Origin: Desulfovibrionales bacterium
GTDB taxonomy: Bacteria; Desulfobacterota; Desulfovibrionia; Desulfovibrionales; JBKHAV01
DNA length: 60,074 bases
NCBI GenBank assembly: GCA_046542715.1
Contig: JBKHAV010000004.1
Span: 1-60,074, forward strand
Direction of reading: 5' to 3'
The notes under the pieces are model-generated. The model did no database searches and was not told the DNA's origin. It saw only the letters and a program-made list of their open reading frames with translations. This document shows, piece by piece, positions 20,061-30,563 of this stretch (its first letter is position 1; the number at the start of each line of letters is the position of its first letter). The position numbers and the translations under genes are program-made.

Positions 20061-21529
20061 ACGCACACATCCCCCTTCTCATACCGCTTACGTTCCTGTT
20101 CATGGCCCTGCTCGTCCCCCTTGCCGGGATGCTGAACAGGCACCTGGCTCATCTGGTTGCCCTGGCCGGAGCTGTGATCGCCTTTTACTTTTCCTTGGTG
20201 GGGCTCTCCATCGTCATGGATCAGGGGCCGATTCACTATCACCTGGCCGGGTGGCAGCCTCCTCTGGGTATCGAGTTTGTGTTGGATCCCCTGTCCGGCT
20301 TTCTGGAGGTGATCATCACCGGCACAGCCTTGTTCGTGCTCATCTATTCCCGCAGGAGCGTGGAGATCGAGATGCCGGACAAGACCATCCCTTTCTACAG
20401 CCTGACCATGCTCATGCTCACCGGCCTTACCGGCATGGTCATCACCGGGGACCTTTTCAATCTGTATGTCTTCCTGGAGATCAGCGCCCTGGCCGGCTAT
20501 GCCCTGATCGCAATCGGTGACAAGAGGGCGCCATTTTCCGCGTTCCGCTATCTCACCCTTGGAACCGTGGGCGCAGCCTTTTATCTTCTGGGGGTCGCCT
20601 TCCTGTTCATGATCACCGGCACCTTGAACATGGCCGATATTTCCAAGGTGATCCCACTGGTCAAAGACACCCTGCCTGCAGCCACAGGCCTGGCCCTGAT
20701 CATTCTGGGCGCCGGGCTGAAAATGGCCCTGTTTCCTATGCACGCCTGGCTGCCCGACGCCTACACCAATGCCTCCTCTGCGGCCACGAGCCTCATTGCG
20801 CCCATCGGCACGAAAGTGGCCGCCTATATCATGATCCGTGTCCTGATCATCTACGACTTTCCTCCTGTTATCGAGGTGCTGAGCTGGATTGCGGCGGTGG
20901 GGATCATTGCAGGCTCCATCCTGGCTATCGCCCAGACCAACCTCAAGCGCATGCTGGCCTACTCGTCCGTAGCCAATATCGGCTACATCGCCCTGGGCAT
21001 CACGCTGGCCAATCCCCTGGCCTTTATCGGGGCCATGCTGCACATTCTCAATCACGCCCTGATGAAGGCAGTGCTCTTTCTGGCCGCGGGCGGGGTCTCC
21101 AACAAGATGGGAACGCTTGACATCACCAAGCTGCGGGGATTGCCCAAGCAGATGCCGTTTACCACCGCTGCAGTGCTCATAGCCGTATTCTCCATGGTCG
21201 GCATCCCGCCCACGGGCGGCTTTTTCAGCAAGGTCTACCTGATCTTCGGGGCCATCGAGTCCGAAACCTGGTTCTTTGTCGGGGTCATCCTGCTGAGCAC
21301 GCTGCTCAACTTCGTCTACTTCTTCCGGGTGATCGATATCTCGTTTTTCAAACCGTATGGAACCAAGAACGGACCGAGCGAAAAGGCCTTCGAGACCATG
21401 AAGATGAACGAGATGAGCCCGGGCATGCTCGTGCCGACCCTGGTCATTTCCGCAATCATCATCCTGGTCGGCGTCTATAACGGGTTTATCGTAGACAAGG
21501 TCATCGCCCTGGCCGTTCCCGCTTTTTAG
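20057..21529 (+). CDS. mrpD: Na+/H+ antiporter subunit D
   Basis: GDLFNLYVFLE, KMALFPMHAWLPDAY, GTKVAAY and GIPPTGGFFSK motifs. Confidence 0.9.
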   Translation: MNAHIPLLIPLTFLFMALLVPLAGMLNRHLAHLVALAGAVIAFYFSLVGLSIVMDQGPIHYHLAGWQPPLGIEFVLDPLSGFLEVIITGTALFVLIYSRRSVEIEMPDKTIPFYSLTMLMLTGLTGMVITGDLFNLYVFLEISALAGYALIAIGDKRAPFSAFRYLTLGTVGAAFYLLGVAFLFMITGTLNMADISKVIPLVKDTLPAATGLALIILGAGLKMALFPMHAWLPDAYTNASSAATSLIAPIGTKVAAYIMIRVLIIYDFPPVIEVLSWIAAVGIIAGSILAIAQTNLKRMLAYSSVANIGYIALGITLANPLAFIGAMLHILNHALMKAVLFLAAGGVSNKMGTLDITKLRGLPKQMPFTTAAVLIAVFSMVGIPPTGGFFSKVYLIFGAIESETWFFVGVILLSTLLNFVYFFRVIDISFFKPYGTKNGPSEKAFETMKMNEMSPGMLVPTLVISAIIILVGVYNGFIVDKVIALAVPAF

Positions 21530-21755
21530 GAAAACGTCGCCTGCACAGGCAGGGGTGATCAGCGTCTACAGCGAGATCAACCAGGGGAACACAGTTGAAT
21601 AGAGATAACGCGACAGCCGGCCGGTCCTGATCCGGCCTGCCCGCCGAGGGCGTGAGGAAACCAGGAACCACGTTTTCCGATGCAGCGATCTTCCCTGAAT
21701 TTCGGAGTGCTTCGGGGACATCATATCAGTTGAGTGAAAGGGGAGGAGGAATACC

Positions 21756-23789
21756 TTGGATATACAGTTTGCGTGGCTCTGCTTGATCTTCCCTCTGATC
21801 GGGGTCCTTCTGACGCCGTTCCTGGCTCGCATCGGCCCTGCGTTCAGGGACTATGGTCCGGTATTTTTCTCTTTTCTGACTGCCGCGTCCGCGGTCATGC
21901 TCCTGCCGCTGCTTTTCGAGTCCGGCAGACTGCCTCTGGAAAGCGTGTATGTCTGGCTGGACACTCCGATCACGGTCAGCTTCGGCATTCTCCTGGACCC
22001 CCTGAGCATCATCGTGGCCAACGTCGTGGCCGTGATCAGCTTCTTCATCATGGTCTACTGTCTGGGCTACATGAAGGGCGACCCCTCGGTGATGCGCTTT
22101 TGGATGCTCATGAACGCCTTTATCGGCAGCATGCTTCTGCTGGTTCTGGCCAACAACCTGCTGTTCATCTTCATCGGCTGGAAGCTGGTGGGCGTATGCA
22201 GCTACGGGCTGATCGGCTACTACTACCGGGACGAGAAGAAATACTGGATCGGCGGTCCGGCGCCCTTCAAGTTCGCCACCCCTTCCTCCTGCGGCCTCAA
22301 AGCCCTGGTGGTCACTGGCGTGGGCGACATGCTCATGCTCGCGGGCATCCTGATCATGTATTACTACTCCGGCACCCTGAACCTCATGGAACTCTACCAG
22401 ACGGCACCGGAGTGGATTCCGCAGATGGCCGCAGTGCCGGGAATGATCATCTTGGTCAGCATCCTGCTCATTGCCGGACCAGTGGGCAAATCCGCGCAGT
22501 TTCCACTGCACGAGTGGCTGCCCGAGGCCATGGCCGGCCCAGGTCCGGTATCTGCGCTCATCCATGCCGCAACCATGGTCAAGAGCGGCGTCTTTCTCGT
22601 GGCCAGGCTGATTCCCATCTTCTACTACGGATACTGGGTCGCCGGCTCACAGGAAGCCCTTTCCTTTTTCGTCATCGTGGCCTGGATCGGGGCAATCACC
22701 GCCTTTCTGGCCGCCAGCCAGGGCATAGTGGCTTTGGAGCTGAAAAAGGCCCTGGCTTACTCCACGGTCAGCCAGATCGGCTTCATGATGCTTGCCCTGG
22801 GCGTGAGCGGATTCAGCCAGAGCCTGCTGGTCCACGGCTACTCCGCGGGCATCTTCCACCTGATGAGCCATGCCATGTTCAAGGCCTGCCTGTTCCTCAC
22901 CGCCGGCACCGTGATCCACTCGGCGCATTCCATCTACATCCATGAGATGGGGGGGCTGCGCAAGTACATGCCCTACACCTGGCTTTTTATGACCCTGGCT
23001 GCGCTCTCCCTGATCGGGGTTCCGCCTCTGCCCGGGTTCTGGAGCAAGGACGCCGTGCTCCTGGTCACCCTGGAGTCCGGCCACTACATGCTCTTTGCCG
23101 TGGCTATCGCCACGGTGGTCATGACCGCCTTCTACACGGTTCGTTTCGTGGGCATGATCTTTCACGGCAACAAAAGCGAGCACATCCTCAAAGAGGAGAA
23201 GAAAGAGCACGCCCACATCGGAGAAGGCTACCGCACCCAGACTTTTGCCTGTGCCGCCCTGACCGTGGGCATTGTGGTCTTCGGTCTCTTCGGTCTTGCT
23301 GCCGAGCATCTGCTGCAGGACCTTTTCAAGGTCAAACTCGTGCACGACCTGACCCTGCCCGTCGCAGAGCACGCCCTGGCCTTTCCTAAACTGCTGATAC
23401 CCACCCTGGCCGTATTGAGCGCTCTGCTCGGCGCGGTTCCGGCATATATGTTTTACGTTTCAGGCAAATGGAACGTTCAGGCGATTTTTCAGCGGTCCAA
23501 CCTGGTCAAGCTGGTCCATATTTTCCTTTGGGAGCGCTGGTTCCTCGACAAGATCTTCAACTGGGTCTTTGTGTGGGGAACGGTCCGGGTAGCAGGGTTT
23601 GTTTCCGGTGTCTTTGAGGCCATTCTCGACACTGCGGTCCATCGCAGGATGCCCAGGGTCGTCACCCGGGGCGGAAACGCGCTCCTGGAGTTCATCCACG
23701 CCGATGCCAAGGATTTGACCAACAACATTGCCTACGTCCTGATCGTCTCCATCTTTTTCATCGTCGCAACCTTATGGTGGATTCAATGA
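21756..23789 (+). CDS. NuoL/MrpA-like proton-conducting membrane subunit
   Basis: GKSAQFPLHEWLPEAM, SALIHAATMV, LAYSTVSQIG and HAMFKACLFL; TTG start after GGAGGAGG. Confidence 0.88.
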   Translation: MDIQFAWLCLIFPLIGVLLTPFLARIGPAFRDYGPVFFSFLTAASAVMLLPLLFESGRLPLESVYVWLDTPITVSFGILLDPLSIIVANVVAVISFFIMVYCLGYMKGDPSVMRFWMLMNAFIGSMLLLVLANNLLFIFIGWKLVGVCSYGLIGYYYRDEKKYWIGGPAPFKFATPSSCGLKALVVTGVGDMLMLAGILIMYYYSGTLNLMELYQTAPEWIPQMAAVPGMIILVSILLIAGPVGKSAQFPLHEWLPEAMAGPGPVSALIHAATMVKSGVFLVARLIPIFYYGYWVAGSQEALSFFVIVAWIGAITAFLAASQGIVALELKKALAYSTVSQIGFMMLALGVSGFSQSLLVHGYSAGIFHLMSHAMFKACLFLTAGTVIHSAHSIYIHEMGGLRKYMPYTWLFMTLAALSLIGVPPLPGFWSKDAVLLVTLESGHYMLFAVAIATVVMTAFYTVRFVGMIFHGNKSEHILKEEKKEHAHIGEGYRTQTFACAALTVGIVVFGLFGLAAEHLLQDLFKVKLVHDLTLPVAEHALAFPKLLIPTLAVLSALLGAVPAYMFYVSGKWNVQAIFQRSNLVKLVHIFLWERWFLDKIFNWVFVWGTVRVAGFVSGVFEAILDTAVHRRMPRVVTRGGNALLEFIHADAKDLTNNIAYVLIVSIFFIVATLWWIQ

Positions 23790-25297
23790 ACAGCGCTGTT
23801 CTGCTTCAGATAGTCTTCATTCCGGCCCTGGTCTCCCTGTTCATCTTTCTGTTCAGGTATCAGCTCGGCAAGAAGGCCGGGTGGGTGGCCGCCCTCAGCC
23901 TGGTCTACACGACGTTCCTCCTGCTCCTGGCAGGGTTCAGGCTCTACCAGGGCACTCCCAGGATCTATGAGGAGTATCTGCTGATCGCTCCGAACATCAA
24001 ACTGGGACTCCTGGCTGACGGGCTGAGTATTTCCGTGGCCCTGATCTCCAATATTCTGTGCCTTGTCCTGTCTCTGTTCTCCATCAAGTATATCGACCAT
24101 CGCATCGAACTGATCTACGAGGGAATCGAGAAAAAGCGGGAAGACAGCTACTACACGCGCTTCTTTTATCTGTTTCTCTATTTTCCCATGGGATTCATGG
24201 GCGTCTCGTTTTCGACAAACCTGATCGGGATGTATTTCTTCCTCGAGGCCCTGACCATCACCCTGTACTTTCTGATGGCCTATTTCGGGTACATCGAGCG
24301 GGTCAAGATCGCCATGATGTGCCTTCTTTGGGGTATCTTCTCAGCCGTCTTTTTCCTGGCCGGCGCGCTCATGATCTATTCCCAGACCGGCAGTTTCGAG
24401 ATCGCCCAGATCTCGACTCTGGCCGGAAATCCGCTGACGTTTTGGATCATCACCCTGTTCTTGATCGGTTTTTTCGCCAAGCTGGCGGTGTTTCCTTTCC
24501 ACGTCTGGATGCCCTGGGTCCATGCCGAGCATCCTACCTGCATTGCAGGGCTGCTCGCCGTGTATGCCAATATCGCGGCTTATATCATCGTCAGGATCCT
24601 CATCCTGCCACTGTATGATGACTTCCAGGTCTTCGGTCCCGTGATCATGATTCTGGCCCTGATCACCATGATATACGGATCGCTTTTGACCATGGCTCAG
24701 ACCGACATCAAGCGAGTCGCCGCCTGCTCGACTATCAGCCAGATCGCCTATTCCATGCTGGGTATCGGCGCTCTGACCGCGGTGAGCATCGAAGGCGGGA
24801 TGTTCTTCTTTCTGAGCCACATCATGGGCAAAACCATCTTCTTCTCCACGGCCGGTATCGTTGTCTACGTGACGCACATCAGAAATATCGACAACCTGGG
24901 CGGTCTGGCCGCGCGCATGCCGATCACGGCTCTGCTCTTCCTCTCAGGGGCGATGATGCTCTCAGGGTTTCCGCCCTTCAGCAGCTTTGCCGCGGAATGG
25001 ATCCTGTTCACAGGCATCTTCGAGCGCGGGGCCACGGACACATTGGCCTTGGTGGTAGGCATTGTCGGCGTTTTGGCCATTTTGCTGACCGTGGGCTACA
25101 CCTTCCTGGCCGCCAAGAAGATCTTTTACGGACCGTTGAATGCCAGTCTGGACAAGGACCATATCAAGGATCCCCCTCTGATCATGTCCCTGCCGCTGAT
25201 TTTTTTGGTCTGCCTGTCCGCATTCCTTGGGCTGTACCCCAAGATCGTCATGGACCTGATGCAGCCGGTCATCAGCGGCACCCTGGCTCTGATGTAG
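23786..25297 (+). CDS. NuoM/MrpD-like proton-conducting membrane subunit
   Basis: AKLAVFPFHVWMP, DIKRVAACSTISQ and GFPPFSSFAAE; ATGA overlap with the upstream gene. Confidence 0.85.
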   Translation: MNSAVLLQIVFIPALVSLFIFLFRYQLGKKAGWVAALSLVYTTFLLLLAGFRLYQGTPRIYEEYLLIAPNIKLGLLADGLSISVALISNILCLVLSLFSIKYIDHRIELIYEGIEKKREDSYYTRFFYLFLYFPMGFMGVSFSTNLIGMYFFLEALTITLYFLMAYFGYIERVKIAMMCLLWGIFSAVFFLAGALMIYSQTGSFEIAQISTLAGNPLTFWIITLFLIGFFAKLAVFPFHVWMPWVHAEHPTCIAGLLAVYANIAAYIIVRILILPLYDDFQVFGPVIMILALITMIYGSLLTMAQTDIKRVAACSTISQIAYSMLGIGALTAVSIEGGMFFFLSHIMGKTIFFSTAGIVVYVTHIRNIDNLGGLAARMPITALLFLSGAMMLSGFPPFSSFAAEWILFTGIFERGATDTLALVVGIVGVLAILLTVGYTFLAAKKIFYGPLNASLDKDHIKDPPLIMSLPLIFLVCLSAFLGLYPKIVMDLMQPVISGTLALM

Positions 25298-25589
25298 CGA
25301 GAACTGTTTCGAGGGTGCCTGCTGGAGAACTCCGACTTATCGCTGTTCACTGCAGGAAAAAATCCTTCCGAGCTGTCGGCTCTGCAGGCGAGTATCACCC
25401 ACTTGGGACCGTACTGCCTGCGAGATCCCGATCACAAGACACGAAGAACTCTGGGTTTCGTCTGAGTGAGGAAGACAGCTGAAACCGGAGTTTCAGTATC
25501 AGCTGCTTTTTCTGTAAAATCCCTTTGCAGTGAATTTTCGCAGGAATCCGCCCCATTTCTTCAAAGGGGTGAGCCGGGAATTTGCAGTG

Positions 25590-26429
25590 TTATTTTCCGG
25601 CAGACTCCGGCCACTTCCCGATGACTGCGGTGAGAAGTCGTTCCAATTTGCCGCTGGAAGCCGCGGCCTGGGCGAGGACATCGTCCAGAGAGGTTTCCTC
25701 CATGCAGTCTGGGAGATTTTTGTTGGTCAGGCAGGAGATACCGAGCATTTCGATACCCATGTGGTGGGCGGCGACAGCCTCGAGAACGGTGGACATCCCG
25801 ACGGCGTCTGCACCGAGGAGCCGCAGGGCGCGAGTTTCCGCCGGGGTTTCGAGGCAGGGCCCGGTCAGTCCCAGGTAGACGCCTCGCTCCAGAGGTATTG
25901 CATTGTTCAGGGCCTCTTGGCGGGCCAGGTTCAGAAGTCGCGGAGAGTAGACCCGGCTCATGTCCGGGAATCGCGGACCCCAGACGTCAACATTGGGACC
26001 GGTGAGGGGGTTGCAGCCGGTGAAATTGATATGATCCGTGATGCCCATGAGGTCTCCGGCGCTGAATCCGGGATTGAGGGCACCTGCCGCATTGGTCAGA
26101 ATCAGCCCGCAAATTCCCAGGTGATGAAGTGTGCGCACGCCGAAACAGACCTGGGCAGGGGAGTACCCTTCGTAGAGGTGAAAGCGGCCCTGAAGAGCGA
26201 GGACCTCTCGGCCCGCGACCTTTCCGTGCACAAGTCTCCCTCCGTGCCCCTGGACCGTGGAAACCGGAAATCCAGGGATGTCGGCGTACTCCACGGACCG
26301 CTCACTGATCTTTTCAGCCCACCGGCCCAGACCTGTGCCCAGGACCACCCCGACGGCCCCGTCCTCCTTGAGTTTCAGGGCAGAGCGGACGTATCCCGCT
26401 GCTTTCTGGACATTTTCAACAGATTGCAT
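25590..26429 (-). CDS. punA: Purine-nucleoside phosphorylase (trimeric type)
   Basis: VLGTGLG, GRFHLYEGY, TNAAG, ETPAE and VGMSTVLE motifs. Confidence 0.92.
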   Translation of the reverse strand: MQSVENVQKAAGYVRSALKLKEDGAVGVVLGTGLGRWAEKISERSVEYADIPGFPVSTVQGHGGRLVHGKVAGREVLALQGRFHLYEGYSPAQVCFGVRTLHHLGICGLILTNAAGALNPGFSAGDLMGITDHINFTGCNPLTGPNVDVWGPRFPDMSRVYSPRLLNLARQEALNNAIPLERGVYLGLTGPCLETPAETRALRLLGADAVGMSTVLEAVAAHHMGIEMLGISCLTNKNLPDCMEETSLDDVLAQAAASSGKLERLLTAVIGKWPESAGK

Positions 26430-26738
26430 AAGAATCTCCATTTTCGAGTTGATCTTTCACCGATGCGCATTGTAAACGGTTTGTGCATTTGAGTTCAGCC
26501 AGGCGCTGACATAAACTGTAGCGGAAGGTTGTACAACCTGCTCGGCCCAAGTATTTCTGTTCACCCACATCCCCTTGGCCGTATCGCGGCGGCTCATTTC
26601 TTTCATCGCGATGAACTGCCGAAAGTACGATCGCTGCAGCAGGCACGATCCGGGGAAAGGGTCACTATCTCCCCTGTTTCCAGGGAAAACCGTACGATAT
26701 GAACATGGAGCTGACTCCATCAATACACAGGAACTGCG

Positions 26739-28157
26739 GTGTTGAAGACTAAGCACAAGGTACTCGTAGCAAACAGGGGCGAGATTGCAGTCAGGATCAT
26801 TCAGGCCTGCCAATCCCTGGGCGTTGATTTTGTGGCTGTTTACACTCAGGAGGACAGCCATTCCGGACACGTGGATCTGGCCAGGAAGTTCGGGGGCGAA
26901 AAATCGCTCTACCGCATCAGCACCTACACTGATTCAAACGAACTCTTTGCCGTGGCAGACGACGCCAGGGCCACTGCGATCCATCCGGGATACGGCTTTT
27001 TTTCGGAGGACTTCCGTTTTGCCCGCAGGGTGGACAAGCGCAGCCGAAAGCTCATATTCATCGGCCCCTCCTGGAAGGTCATCCGTGAACTCGGGGACAA
27101 GATCAACACCAAACGGCTTGCACGCAGCCTGAACGTCCCCACGGTTCCGGGATCCGACCGTCCAGTGTTCAATGAACTCGAGGCCGAGGAGATCGCCCAA
27201 AACCTGTTCTCGTTTCAACGGGATCAGGGAATCGAACGGCCGCTCATTCTGGTCAAGGCCTCGGCCGGCGGCGGGGGCATGGGCATCGAGGAAGTCGATG
27301 ACCTGGACAAGTTCAAGACTGTGTTCCGGCGGATTCGCAACTATGCCAAACGGCAGTTTCGCGATGAGGGTGTCCTCATTGAGCAGCGGATCATGGATTT
27401 CAACCATCTCGAGGTCCAGATCCTGGGAGGCCGTGACGGGAAGAATATCGTCCACTTCGGCACCCGGAACTGTTCCGTGCAGAGTCCCGGCCACCAGAAG
27501 CGGATCGAGGTGGCCCCGGGCTTTGCTCCGGGCGAGATCAATTACGCCTTTGATGCCGGCAAGGTTCTGGACGATGTTACGGATTACTCGCTGCGCATGG
27601 CTGCGGCCGTACAGTACGACAGTGTGGGCACCTGGGAATGGATTATCGGTCCCACCGGAAAGCCGTTTCTCATGGAGGTGAACACGAGGATTCAGGTAGA
27701 AAACGGTGTCTCGGCGATCATCTCCAGAATCGGGGAGCGCCGGACCGTAAGCCTTATCACCGAACAGGTCCGCCTTGCGCTGGGTGAGCCCATGGATTAC
27801 ACCCAGAAGGACGTAAAACTGGAAGGAGTAGGGATCGAATACCGGATCATCGCTGAACAGCCTGAAAACAAATTTGCCCCCTGGGTGGGAACCATCAGGG
27901 AATTTTCCTGGCCGGACAAGGAATGGCTCTGGATGCATACCCATGTTCCCCAGGATAGAGAATACGAAATTCCCACGGAATACGATCCCAACCTCGCCCT
28001 GGCCATTGTCTGGGGCAGGGACCTGGAGGAGGCCAAGAAGCGAGGGCGGGAAATCCTGGACTCCATTGTTCTGGAAGGCGCCAATTCAAAGGGGGAGCCG
28101 CTTCAATCCAATATCAAGTTTCTCCGGGAAAAGACCGGAGATCTGCTCGAGTTTTGA
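26739..28157 (+). CDS. accC: Biotin carboxylase (acetyl-CoA carboxylase)
   Basis: VLVANRGEIAVRII, HPGYGFFSE, KASAGGGGMG and MEVNTRIQVE motifs. Confidence 0.9.
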   Translation: MLKTKHKVLVANRGEIAVRIIQACQSLGVDFVAVYTQEDSHSGHVDLARKFGGEKSLYRISTYTDSNELFAVADDARATAIHPGYGFFSEDFRFARRVDKRSRKLIFIGPSWKVIRELGDKINTKRLARSLNVPTVPGSDRPVFNELEAEEIAQNLFSFQRDQGIERPLILVKASAGGGGMGIEEVDDLDKFKTVFRRIRNYAKRQFRDEGVLIEQRIMDFNHLEVQILGGRDGKNIVHFGTRNCSVQSPGHQKRIEVAPGFAPGEINYAFDAGKVLDDVTDYSLRMAAAVQYDSVGTWEWIIGPTGKPFLMEVNTRIQVENGVSAIISRIGERRTVSLITEQVRLALGEPMDYTQKDVKLEGVGIEYRIIAEQPENKFAPWVGTIREFSWPDKEWLWMHTHVPQDREYEIPTEYDPNLALAIVWGRDLEEAKKRGREILDSIVLEGANSKGEPLQSNIKFLREKTGDLLEF

Positions 28158-28221
28158 TTCGAACAGACCTGAAGGATGCCCCTCATCAAGACCCTTAACC
28201 ACAATCCGGGTACATTGTCAT

Positions 28222-30465
28222 ATGGATGTTGAAAAGCGAATTCACGACCTGAACCTGCGTCTGCAGTATATCAGGGATATATTCGGACACAAGGAGAACG
28301 CCAATGTCTCCCTGTTGCAGTCCAAACTGAATGCTTTTCTTGCCAGAGAGGCTGAACTGACCATCCAGGAACTGGCTACCGAACTTCATGCCCTGGAAGA
28401 TCTCTTCGCCTTTCTCGAGAAAAAGCTGGACCGGGAATTGACCCCCATGGACCGGGTGCGCATCGTGCGCCATCCGTTCAGAATATGCCTCAAGGATATC
28501 CTTGAGCATGTTTACGACAACTACACGGAGATCGGCGGTCAGGACGAATATTCCATCGATCCGAGCATGCTTATCGCCAGGGCCTACATCACAAGGCGTG
28601 TCGGGAATAAAGTCCATAATCAGCCGGTGATGGTCATCGGGCAGGAAAAGGGACACGGTCAGGAGTTTCGCAACGGCGGTTCAGTCAAACCCTGGGGAAA
28701 TGCCAAGGCGCTTCATTACATGCGGGTCGCTGAGACCGAGAACATTCCCATCCATACCTATGTGTTCACGCCAGGCGCATTTCCCATCGAGGACTATCCT
28801 GGTGCGGCCCAGCAGATTGCCCGCAATCTCTATGTGATGGGCGGCCTGAGGGTTCCCATAGTGGCTGTGACCTCGGAGGGCGGTTCCGGGGGCGCCGAGG
28901 CGATTGGACTGGCCGACACCAGGCTTATGCTTTCTCATGGCTATTATTCGGTGATATCGCCTGAAGGGGCGGCAGCCATCGAAGGCGGGCTGCGGGACGG
29001 GATGCGGGCTACGCCGGAACTCATTGAAAAATGCGCCCGCCAGCTCAAGATCACGGCCCGAGACAATCTGGAGATGGGACTTATCGACCGGATGATCGTC
29101 GAGCCGGACCTTGGCGCCCGTCCGAATCATTACGAGTTTTTCAAACAGCTCAGAAGTGAGGTCATCCAGGCCACGGACGAGATCGTCCTCTCTGTTCGGG
29201 GCATGAAGATGTTCCGGTTCGAGGCGTTGCGCAAACGAAAGGCCGGTCAAGTGTATGTCCGCTGGAGTCTGAACAGCAATGCCAAAGACCGGCTTGTCTG
29301 GAGCAGGTATCAAAAATACCGCAACCTCACCCAAAATGCTTACCTGGACAAAAGAGGGGCCTGGAACAAGAGCACAGACTGGTGTTATGAAGCTGGATGG
29401 TCGGTGTATTCATTTCTTCGATACGACATTTTCGGGAAACACCAGAAGCGGTTGGCCCATTTTGTGGAGGATATGGAAGCTGAAATGCATATCCTCAAGG
29501 ATCGCTTGAACAAAGGTATCGGCAAGATCAAACCGGATTTTCTCACCCTTGGAAACGGTTCCCGGGAGGAAAACAAGGGACTGACGGAACTCTCGTCCTG
29601 GGACGACAGCGATTATTGCGCCCAGGAGGAGCATTGTTATGTCAGCCCTCAGGCCAAAGACGATCGAACGGTCAGTTGTCCCAATGCCAGGGAATACGGG
29701 TGTCTGGATCAATGGGCCCCTGACCTTTTTGGAGAATGGGCCGGGGTGTGCAATTGTTGCGGACACCACTTTCCAATGGAGTACCAATGGTATCTCAACA
29801 ATTTCTTTGATCCAGGATCGATTCACGAGTTCAACAAGGGAATCGAGGCCGGCAATCCCTTGAAGTACGAGGGGCTGGACATGAAGCTGGAGGAGACCAA
29901 AAAAAAGATCCGCCAGCGCAGCGCCTGTATGACGTTTGAGGCCCGCATCCGGGAGATCAATGTGGTGGTGGCCATGTTCATGGCCAGATTCCGGGGAGGC
30001 AGCGTAGGGGCGGCTGAAGGAGAGAAATTCATCCGTGCGGCCGAGCGGGCCAGAAAAAAACACCTGCCGTTCATCGCCTATGTCCATGGAACAGCCGGCA
30101 TACGGATTCAGGAGGGGACCAACGGGGTCATTCAGATGCCGCGCTGCACGCTTGCGGTCAGACGGTACATGGAATCCGGAGGGCTGTATCTGGTCCTCTA
30201 CGACACAAAATCCTACGCCGGACCGGTTGCCAGTTTTTTGGGGTGTTCCCCGTATCAATTCTCGATTCGTTCCGCTGACATCGGGTTTGCCGGTCCAGGA
30301 GTCATCAAGGAGACCACCGGCGTAGACATCCCTCCGGATTACCATAAGGCATACAACGCCCTTTCCAGGGGGCACATCCAGGGCATCTGGGACAGACGGG
30401 AATCCCGGGATAATCTCAACCGGGCCTTGCTGACCATGGGCGGGCGCAATTTGTATTACCGCTAA
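28222..30465 (+). CDS. Acetyl-CoA carboxylase carboxyltransferase, fused alpha/beta
   Basis: AccA-like N-half (VRIVRHP, GQEKG, EGGSGGA, YSVISPEG) and AccD-like C-half (Zn cysteines, GGSVGAAEGEKF, GIRIQEG, IGFAGPGVI). Confidence 0.88.
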   Translation: MDVEKRIHDLNLRLQYIRDIFGHKENANVSLLQSKLNAFLAREAELTIQELATELHALEDLFAFLEKKLDRELTPMDRVRIVRHPFRICLKDILEHVYDNYTEIGGQDEYSIDPSMLIARAYITRRVGNKVHNQPVMVIGQEKGHGQEFRNGGSVKPWGNAKALHYMRVAETENIPIHTYVFTPGAFPIEDYPGAAQQIARNLYVMGGLRVPIVAVTSEGGSGGAEAIGLADTRLMLSHGYYSVISPEGAAAIEGGLRDGMRATPELIEKCARQLKITARDNLEMGLIDRMIVEPDLGARPNHYEFFKQLRSEVIQATDEIVLSVRGMKMFRFEALRKRKAGQVYVRWSLNSNAKDRLVWSRYQKYRNLTQNAYLDKRGAWNKSTDWCYEAGWSVYSFLRYDIFGKHQKRLAHFVEDMEAEMHILKDRLNKGIGKIKPDFLTLGNGSREENKGLTELSSWDDSDYCAQEEHCYVSPQAKDDRTVSCPNAREYGCLDQWAPDLFGEWAGVCNCCGHHFPMEYQWYLNNFFDPGSIHEFNKGIEAGNPLKYEGLDMKLEETKKKIRQRSACMTFEARIREINVVVAMFMARFRGGSVGAAEGEKFIRAAERARKKHLPFIAYVHGTAGIRIQEGTNGVIQMPRCTLAVRRYMESGGLYLVLYDTKSYAGPVASFLGCSPYQFSIRSADIGFAGPGVIKETTGVDIPPDYHKAYNALSRGHIQGIWDRRESRDNLNRALLTMGGRNLYYR

Positions 30466-30563
30466 GAAGAGAGTAAGTCCGGAGACGAAATTCCGGAAGC
30501 AGGCGATTACGAGTCAGAATTTTCGAATCAACGAATTAACGATTTCACGAATACCACATCATT

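Noticed and set aside
21530-21755. GC-rich gap between mrpD and the nuoL-like gene as a possible riboswitch or small gene
   Set aside because: No recognisable RNA motif or credible same-strand ORF was found.
27874-28221. 116-aa N-terminal extension of the carboxyltransferase ORF
   Set aside because: It overlaps accC in another frame; the real start is more plausibly MDVEKR at 28222.
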